64,000 nucleotides of DNA, taken from NCBI GenBank assembly GCA_964016885.1, contig OZ024742.1, positions 302,436,001 through 302,500,000 of the forward strand. Reading direction: 5' to 3'. Numbering within the stretch: the first letter of the stretch is position 1; every line of letters starts with the position of its first letter. The translations under genes were made by a program, and so were the position numbers. The stretch comes from Eledone cirrhosa (Eukaryota). Shown piece by piece: positions 55,802-64,000 of the stretch. The notes under the pieces were generated by a model that saw nothing but the letters and a program-made list of their open reading frames with translations, had not been told where the DNA came from and made no database searches.

Positions 55802-55837
55802 TCTTAACGTTTCGGACGCTAGTCCTTTATCAGAAGA
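55802..55837 (-). ncRNA. Minimal hammerhead ribozyme motif with mutated core (PLE-type remnant)
   Basis: UCUU-CUGAUAA-A-GGAC(UAGC)GUCC-GAAA-CGUU-AAGA; G8 is replaced by A. Confidence 0.6.
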
Positions 55838-56273
55838 AAGAATGAGAAATAAGATAGATTGAAGGGACGGGTGGGTTGGAATTGGAAAACATGTCTTTAG
55901 ATAAAAATAACAGGTTCATTCATGTTGACATCTCTTGGAAACCTGTTGGTGCTGGCGTTTTGTGTATGATTTATTTTTTTTAGAAAAGGGGATGATGGAG
56001 CGCGTCTACCTGAAGTGGAAAAAAAAACCGATTTGCATTAAGAGCTATATATATATGTATATATGTATATGTATATATCATAAATATGATATATATATAT
56101 AATATATACATGTATATATATCATAAAGAGCCGAAGCCCGGCGGCTGAGCTCAGTCGTCGGGCCCCGACTTTTTATCATATAACTATACTCCATTATCCC
56201 ATATGATCGATTAAGATGGATGTTTGCGTTCATATTTACACACACACACATACACATATATAATAATAATAAT

Positions 56274-59200
56274 GTTTTCTTTATTAACCACAAGGGTTTA
56301 CATAAAGTAGACATTAAGGACAGTACAGGGCAATACAGGACGGTACAAATGGGCATTTCTGCGTGTAAAAAACAGAGGATGTAATAAAATAACAAAGAAA
56401 AATTCCCCAATAGGGGGGGAGGGGGGAGACTTCCGAGGGACATTTGTGGAGAAAGCCCATTAAAAGACCACAGTGACCCTGACCACCAGGGCAAGTGCCC
56501 TCTCCCAGTTTTCCACCTTTAATTTACAGACACATACTCAGAGAAGGCCCATTCATTCGGGCCATACTTGCTTCTCTCACCCATCTTTCAACAAAATGCT
56601 GGGAAGAGAGCACTTCCCTCTCTACCCTGATTTTCCTTTTCAAATGAAATTTGAAAAAAGTTAATCAGGGCATCACCGAAGAAGTAAGTGCTCGTCTTCA
56701 GCCCTTTCAAACGTGTCCACCATACTATCTGTTTCGCCATGGCCACCAGACAGATAAAAACTGCCTGCCCTTCCCGGCTAAAGGAAGAGGGCGGGGCAAT
56801 CCTCACGATGGACTCAGCTGATAGCTGGATTCGTCCTACACGTGACAGCAGGTGTTCGACATAAACCCACAAGTCAGCAATGCTCGGACACTGGACGAGT
56901 GCGTGCAGGACGGTTTCGTCGCCCTGTGCGCATCTCGGATATGCCCGGCTGACGGCACCTCCATGCTTGTAGAGTTTATCCCGAACTGGCAAAGCACCCC
57001 GGTAGCACTGCCAGGCCAGGGATTTCTGGAAGTTGTCCATAGGCCCCGGCCCGAAAGTCCTTCCGAAGAGATTGGCTAGTTGATTTTCGTCGACGCCTAG
57101 AGTTTCTCCAAGTACGTCGTCGCTCTTCCCCTCTACTAATCCCCTATAGAACGCCAAGGTGGAGTTTCCACCGATCACATTGCCCGATTGGTCGAGGGCT
57201 GTGAGCGCCTGAAGACATTCCAGTCTCCAAGCGCTCCCTCTCGGTCTTCGCTTGACCCAGGACTGCAGCTCCGTCAAGGAGACGAACTGGGGAAAAACGT
57301 GTCTAGCAAACGGCGACCACACCTGATCACCGTCGAGGAAGAGGTGGAGATGTCGTAGCCTGAGCGCGTGTCTGCGCATCATCAGCCACCGCGTGTCCAG
57401 CCCTCCACGTAGCGGGTGTTGACAGCAGATGGACCACCTGACCATCGGAGCGCGTCCCTTCCACAAGAAACGAAAGAGCAAACGCTCCAGCGCAGTCAGG
57501 CGGGGCTTAGGACAAGGTACGACGGTCAGGCGGTAGTAGATGACGGACGCGATGTACGCGTTAGCATCCTCCGCTCGACCTTTCAGAGATAGCTTCCTCT
57601 CCGCCCATTTCTAGCTGAGAGAAGCCACCCTGCTCGTCACCTCGTCCCAGTTTTTGTCCGTCTGGAGGTCCGGACCGAACCAGACCCCTAGCAATTTAAC
57701 CGGTCCGTCCGTCCAGCGCCCGACGACGCTGTTGGACGGCATGGACCTGCCTCTTCAGGTGCCGAGCTGCAGGCCCACTGACTTTTCCTGGTTGATCATT
57801 GCTCCTGTCACCGCTTCGTATTCTCTTAGTGTAGTGCCGATCGCCTCGATGTGTTTGGCGTTCGACACCACTACGGTGACATCGTCCGCATATGCTGACA
57901 CGGATCTTCCGCATCCTAGTTCGCGCGGGACCCCCCTCAACGTCTCCAGTTTGTGCAGTAATGGCTCGAGAGTCAATACGTACAAGAGGGCCGAGAGGGG
58001 ACATCCTTGGCGGACCGAGCGCATGATGTTGAACGGTTCCGAAAGGTGACCGTTCACTCTCACCACAGAGCAGATGTCGCTGTGCATGGCAGCGATCCAG
58101 CCTCTGAAGACGGGCCCAAAGCCAGCCGCCCTCAGGACTGCCGCTAGGTAACGATAGTCGACCCTATCGAAAGCTTTCGACTGATCTAAATTGATCAAGG
58201 ACCCAACCGTGTCAGGTTCACTAGCTACCCTCTCTACGATGTATCGCATGAGGTGGAGGTTGTCGTGAATGGATCTGTCGGGAATGGCGCACGTCTGCAC
58301 CTCTCTCACCAGACCACCAACGACAAGCGCCAACCTCTTTGCTAGCACCTTGGCCAAAATCTTGAATTCTGTGTTTAGCAGAGTTATGGGCCTGAAATTA
58401 TCTATGTTATCTCCCTTGTTCGGATCCTTTCTCAGCAGCGCCACAGCTCCTCGGCTCACAGAGCTGGGAATTCTCCCGTTCTGTTGCCAGTTGTAGCAGA
58501 CGTCCGCCAAGAGGCCTCCGAACAAGTTTGGCATCTGTAAGTAAAGTTCATAGGGCAGACCATCCAAATCTAATCGCTCTTTTCAGAGCAAACCACCACT
58601 TGTTGACGATGGCCCCCGTCAACGCCCGCTTAACTAGTTCGCTGATCCGGTCTCTGTAGGCCTTGCGCGCTGGTAAGGACGCGTTTAGCTTCCAGTAGCC
58701 GGGTCCTCGTCTATGAAGCCTATCCAAGTCAAGCACACAGATCACGAATTTGTGGTCCGTGTAGCTGACTATCTTGAATTGTGGACAGCCTATGCTAAAC
58801 CTATCTATTTCCCTACAAAATACTCTATCTAGACATGATCTGGATGACCCTATGCGTTTTGTCCAAGTCCACATTGGCACATTCGGGAAATCCAATCGGT
58901 ACCTGTCAGACAGTTCAAAACGCCTGAGCAGGTTGATGAGGCTCTTGCACCCTCCTCCCCTATTCGCTAATCCCACACAGTCCCAGCGTGCATCTAAGAT
59001 CCCGTTCCAGTCGGCCACTAACACTAAAGAGCGGGACGTTCCAAGAAAGATCTCCAGACGCCGGAAGAAATCAGGCCGCCCTGCTCCTGTCGGGGCATAG
59101 ACGGCCACTAGCCTGAAAGCTTGCCCGTTTCCGCTGGTCACATCCAGCACCACCAACTTACCTTCTGGCTCCAGGGAGAAGGCCCGTATGGCGAGATCCA

Positions 59201-60369
59201 AACCTCTACGAAAAAGCACAGCAACTCCTCCCCCCGATCCCGGACGGCTGGGAGATGCGTACACATCGTAGCTGCCGAAGATCGGTGCGAAGGCCCGTGC
59301 TTCGGAGATTCTGTGGTCTCGCTGATGGCCACTACATCTATGTTTAGTGACCTGAGGTCGTTGAGCAGGTGGCCCTGCTTGTCGGAAGTCTCCGATGTCT
59401 TTGGGGAATTTTTGTTTTAGTGTCGTGTACGTTTTCTGTATGATGCGAGTGATTTGTATGTGTGGAGGTGGTGTGAACTTTTGGGTTGTTGTGTACTCTT
59501 TTTCTGTGATGCTGGTGTTGTGTTGGATGTAGTGTAATAATTGGTTGTTGTTCAAATTTAATGCTGTGTAGTGTGTATCGTCTTGGTTGTTTTGTTTTGT
59601 TTGCGTTTGTTGTGGGTTTGTTTCTGTTTCGCTTTTTGGTGACTTTTGTGGTGTTGGTAATGGTGGTGTTTGGGTTAATGATGGTGATGGTGTTGGTGTT
59701 TATGGTGGTGGGGTTGGTGATGCTGATGTGGATGGTGGCATATCTGTCCTAACTTTTTTGTTTGATAGTTTATTTGTTTCCCTCTGTATTTTGTTTTTGG
59801 AGGGGGAAGGAAAGGGATTTTTTCTTTTTTTTTTTTTTCTGATACCGTTTCCCACTCCTCGTCGTCACAATCTGTCTCCAGTTGCGATAGGTCGGGGAGT
59901 GGAAAATCCTCCACAGGCGTTGGTTTTGGTTGTGGCGTGGTGGATGGTGTAGGCGCTGGTGCTAGTTCTGGCGCGTTGGGTGGTGGTGGTGTTGGTTTTG
60001 CTATTGTTGCTGGGGTTGTTGCTGTTACAGTTGCTTCTGTTTAAAATATTGCTACTGCTTATATTTTTAGTGTTGGCAAACGTAGTAATATTTACAATGG
60101 TGGTGTCGGTGTGAGGTGTTAGTTTGTGAGGAAGGTATGACACTGAGTCCTCCATGATTTTTTCAAAGAAAATTTTTTTTTGATAACTATAAAAGTTTAA
60201 ATTTTGGGCTCAAGGCCCCAATCTTTTTGAGTGTCCTTTTCAGATAACAATGTATGTGCACTTATATACAGTTAACAATAAAATTTTTCCATAAATGGCA
60301 ATTTTAAACAACTGAAAATAACAAACCTTTGCGGAGCTCACGATAATACGATTTACTACGTAGGTCACC
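56274..60369 (-). mobile_element. Tx1/L1-clade element 2, 5'-complete but internally deleted and pseudogenised
   Basis: ORF2 pieces (59380-56525) closely resemble element 1 but carry stops at ~57610 and 57755, frameshifts and a ~0.5-kb deletion at ~58568. (ATT)n at both ends. Confidence 0.92.
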
Positions 60370-60434
<65 letters not shown>

Positions 60435-60632
60435 GAAGAAGAAGAAGACGCACGAGGTGACGGAGGTCATGAAATCGCTCCCGTAAGTTTTGAGTGTCCT
60501 TTTCAGATAACAATGTATGTGCACTTATATACAGTTAACAATAAAATTTTTCCATAAATGGCAATTTTAAACAACTGAAAATAACAAACCTTTGCGGAGC
60601 TCACGATAATACGATTTACTACGTATGTCACC

Positions 60633-60706
<74 letters not shown>

Positions 60707-61169
60707 TTTCTTTATTAACCACAAGGGTTTACATAAAGTAGACATTAAGGACAGTGCAGGACAATGCAGGACGGTACAAATGGGCATTTCTGCGTGTAAA
60801 AAAAACAAAAACAGAGGATGTAACAAAAATAACAATGAAAATAACAATGAAAAATTCCCCAATAGGGGGGAGACTTCGGAGGGACATTTGTGGAGAAAGC
60901 CCAGTAAAAAGCCACAATGACCCTGACCACCAAGGCAAGTGCCCTCTCCCAGTTTTCCACCTTTAATTTACAGATATATGCTCAGAGTAGGCCCATTCAC
61001 TCGGGCCATTCTTGCTTCTCTCACCCATCTTTCAACAAAATGCTGGGAAGAGAGCACTTCCCTCTCTACTCTGATTTTCCTTTTCAAATGAAATTTGAAA
61101 ATAATAATAAGAAGAAGAAGAAGACGCACGAGGTGACGGAGGTCATGAAATCGCTCCCGTAAGTTTTGA
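60225..61169. repeat. Tandem duplication of a 263-bp unit, second copy interrupted by a Tx1 fragment
   Basis: Unit 60225-60487 is repeated from 60488, with TTTTGA at the junctions (60225, 60488, 61164). Confidence 0.88.
60705..61099 (-). mobile_element. 5'-truncated Tx1 copy (element 2 type)
   Basis: Matches 56274-56657; (AAT)n on both sides. Confidence 0.92.
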
Positions 61170-61990
61170 ATTTTTAACATATTTAAATCATTTGTGAAAT
61201 AACAACTCTTAGTACAAATGCTACGTAAAGCACCCGGCTTGAGCCCCAAAAAATTCGGACCCAAAATATATTGTTATAAGGCTCAAATATTCAAATATTC
61301 AACTTTGTATTGTACACTGTATATCCAAAAAAGAAAATGGCTATAAATGGAAGAAGAACCCCCCCCCCCCCCCCTCCTCCTCTGTCTACACTATATAGAA
61401 CAGCCAAACTCACCAACACCAGAAACTAGATACACCACCCACCCCATCACCTGTGTACACTAAACCACCACCGCTCACTACGGCCATCATTACAACCATT
61501 ATCCCATCACCGCCGCCACCACCCCTTCACTCCTTCACTGCTACCACCGCTACAGCACCATCACTACAGTAATACGGTCACATTACCGCCACCACTGCCT
61601 CGGTATCGACATCACCACCACCACTGTCTCAGTATCGCTACCGCCGCCAGTCTCCCACTTCTTAAAGCTGGCTGCTACCACCACATTATAGAATCCCTAC
61701 TGCTAAAAAAGAGGAAGGCATCAAAATATATAGATAGACTCAAAAGAAAAAAGAAAAAACAAACAACAAAACCAAAGCAGCACAGCAACAACAGCAAAAA
61801 ACGAGAAAAACAAACAGAGAAAAACAAAAACAACCCCCCCCCCCCCCCCCAAAAAAAAAAAAAAAAAAAACGTAAAGAAAATAAGAATGAAGAGAGAAGC
61901 AGGCGGACGGACAGAGAAGAGGGGGGAAAAACTAAAACTTAAAAAACAAAAACTAAGTCAGACATTCGAACACTACATTACAATGAAACT
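61123..61990 (+). mobile_element. Possible 5' end of a third Tx1-like element (5'UTR + decayed low-complexity ORF1)
   Basis: Same UTR layout as elements 1 and 2: GCTCC(C)G near the 5' end, GGCTTGAGCCCCAAAA motif, and an A-run before ATGG at 61337. No ORF2 follows. Confidence 0.5.
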
Positions 61991-62185
61991 TATGCTTATT
62001 CATTTTTGGGGCCCTTTCTGCCTGTGTGTTTGTTTGTTTATGTGTGTTCGTATACAGCGTGGTGATAATGCCACACAAGGGCCAAGTGGAATGACGGATC
62101 CACAGATGGATATGTAACCATACATTCGCCAATCCTCGATAAGAGTGTTTAAATATCGAACATAAACAGTTCGAATAACGGTGAA

Positions 62186-64000
62186 ATGGAGACTAGAACG
62201 TCATGTGACAGACTCTCACCCAACAGGTGACCCCTGGCTCAGCAGCAGGAACCTGACTGTCAACCAAATACTGCTGATGTTGGAGGAAGGAGAAGAAAGA
62301 AAGGGGCCAGAACCAACTGGACGAAAGAATTGAATAGAACTGTTATGCAATGTTACCTGAAAAGTAACCCCAAGGAGAGGGGCTACAGGAGACGGATGCA
62401 TAACATCTGGAACGAGATTGGTTTATTTAAATTAGATGAACAAAAATTGGCCGGGCAGGCTCGGGTAATAAGAACTAATGGGTGGATAAGCGAGCTGGAA
62501 CTGGAGGAACTTAGCAGAGAGAATGGCTTGGAGATGGCGGGTGTAGTATGCCAGACAAGCGAGCCAGTGGGAAATGAAGGTGAAGAGGTCCTGAGAACGG
62601 AGGAACCACCCGAAGCAGACAATGATCTGAATACTGAGATAAATAATACCTGGAACAGAGATACGGCCACTGAGGGGATGAATGCTGACGGGCTAGGACA
62701 AGATTCGGTTGACATCCTAAATTTAGTGGTAGATGAATTGAACAATGATAGTGGGAGACCTATGAACCTAAGATTTGTAGACAGGAAAAAGTTAAAAGAA
62801 ACAACAGCTAAGGTAAACAAAGTCATCCCATACCTTGAGGCGAGGAGCCTTCACCAGTGCAACACTATCCTCAAAGCAACAGCAAATACGGTGAGGAAAC
62901 TACTTGGTATAAAAGCGAGAGGAAACAACAGACAAGAAAGAGCAGAGCCGTGGTGGAAGAAGCGACTGAGTGGGCAAATCGGGGAAATGAGAAATGACAT
63001 AGGAAAGCTTGAGTCACTACTGAATGGGACACTAAAAAACATAGGCACTAAAAATAGACTGGAAATAAAATACAAAACTAGGAGGAAAAAGCTAAATATT
63101 ATCATAGAGGAACTGAAGCAACGCATTGTAGCAAAGAGTGCAAAAATCAGGCGATACGAGAACAGAGTCAGTCAGTATAAACAGAACCGCATGTTCGACA
63201 ACAACCAGAAGATGCTGTTTGGACAGCTTGAGGGGAAAGAAAGAGGCAACGACTTGATCCCTGGGGCGGAGCAAACTAAAACATTCTGGAGAGGAATATG
63301 GGAGCAGGATGTTAGACAAAATGCCCAGGCAGGGTGGATTGAGACAGTACAGAGGGAGATCGGTGAGCAGGCACAACAACAAACTGATTTGAGTATCACA
63401 GTTGAAACTCTTAAGGGGCAGGCCAAAAAGCTAACCAACTGGAAATCACCAGGCCCAGATGGTGTGCAGGGGTATTGGATTAAACATTTAACATCCCTCC
63501 ACCCGAAGCTGACGGCCATGTTCAATGACTGCTTGGTGTCAGGTGAGGTGCCAGAGTGGTTGACAAAAGGTACCACAGTTCTGATAATGAAAGACCGAAT
63601 CAAGGGTAATGATGTTACCAACTATAGACCTATCACATGTCTGTCCGTAATGTGGAAACTGTTGACGAGCATTGTGTCTGAGGAAATCTACCATCACCTC
63701 CACACAAACAACTTGTTACCGGACGAACAGAAAGGATGCCGAAAGAAGTCACGTGGTACAAAGGACCAGTTACTTATTGATAAGATGGTAATGGGGAATT
63801 GCAGGAGGAGACACACTGATCTTGCCATGGGATGGATAGACTACAGAAAGGCATTTGACATGGTGCCTCATTCCTGGATCACCAAAATGCCTGGAGATCT
63901 TCAGGGTGGCAGATAACATCAGACAGTTGCTAGGCAGGAGTATGGGGTCCTGGGAGACAGAGTTGACATCAACTGGAGTATCCTTGGGAAGCGTGAAGAT
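62186..64000 (+). mobile_element. R4/Dong-clade non-LTR retrotransposon ORF, cut off by the window edge and disrupted
   Basis: NWTKELNRTVMQCY, PWWKKRL, NWKSPGPDGVQGYWIK, NYRPITCL, EQKGC..SRGTKDQLLID, WIDYRKAFDMVPHSWI. No N-terminal APE domain. In-frame TGA at 62228 and a +1 frameshift at ~63885 (continues TKCLEIFRVADNI). Confidence 0.85.

Overview
Eukaryotic, gene-poor and extremely repeat-rich DNA. The SINE types and microsatellite density suggest a cephalopod (octopus-like) genome; this is inference. No host gene can be called with confidence, and nearly all ORFs in the track are translations of microsatellites. Main contents: (1) a ~17.8-kb 9-bp GGTGG(A/T)GTT array flanked by opposite-strand C-rich minisatellites; (2) a 5'-complete Tx1/L1-clade LINE with an uninterrupted 1139-aa ORF2, plus a degenerate sister element and three 5'-truncated copies, all embedded in (AAT)n tracts and stacked head-to-tail; (3) an R4/Dong-clade LINE running off the right edge; (4) Penelope-like remnants with three minimal type I hammerhead ribozyme folds, one with an unusual 61-nt structured stem II; (5) a Helitron, a hAT MITE, CR1/RTE/CRE/mariner relics and many tRNA-derived SINEs. 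Best leads are the hammerheads and the apparently self-regenerating (ATT)n-targeted Tx1 stacks. Family assignments rest on motif recognition only; no database searches were run.
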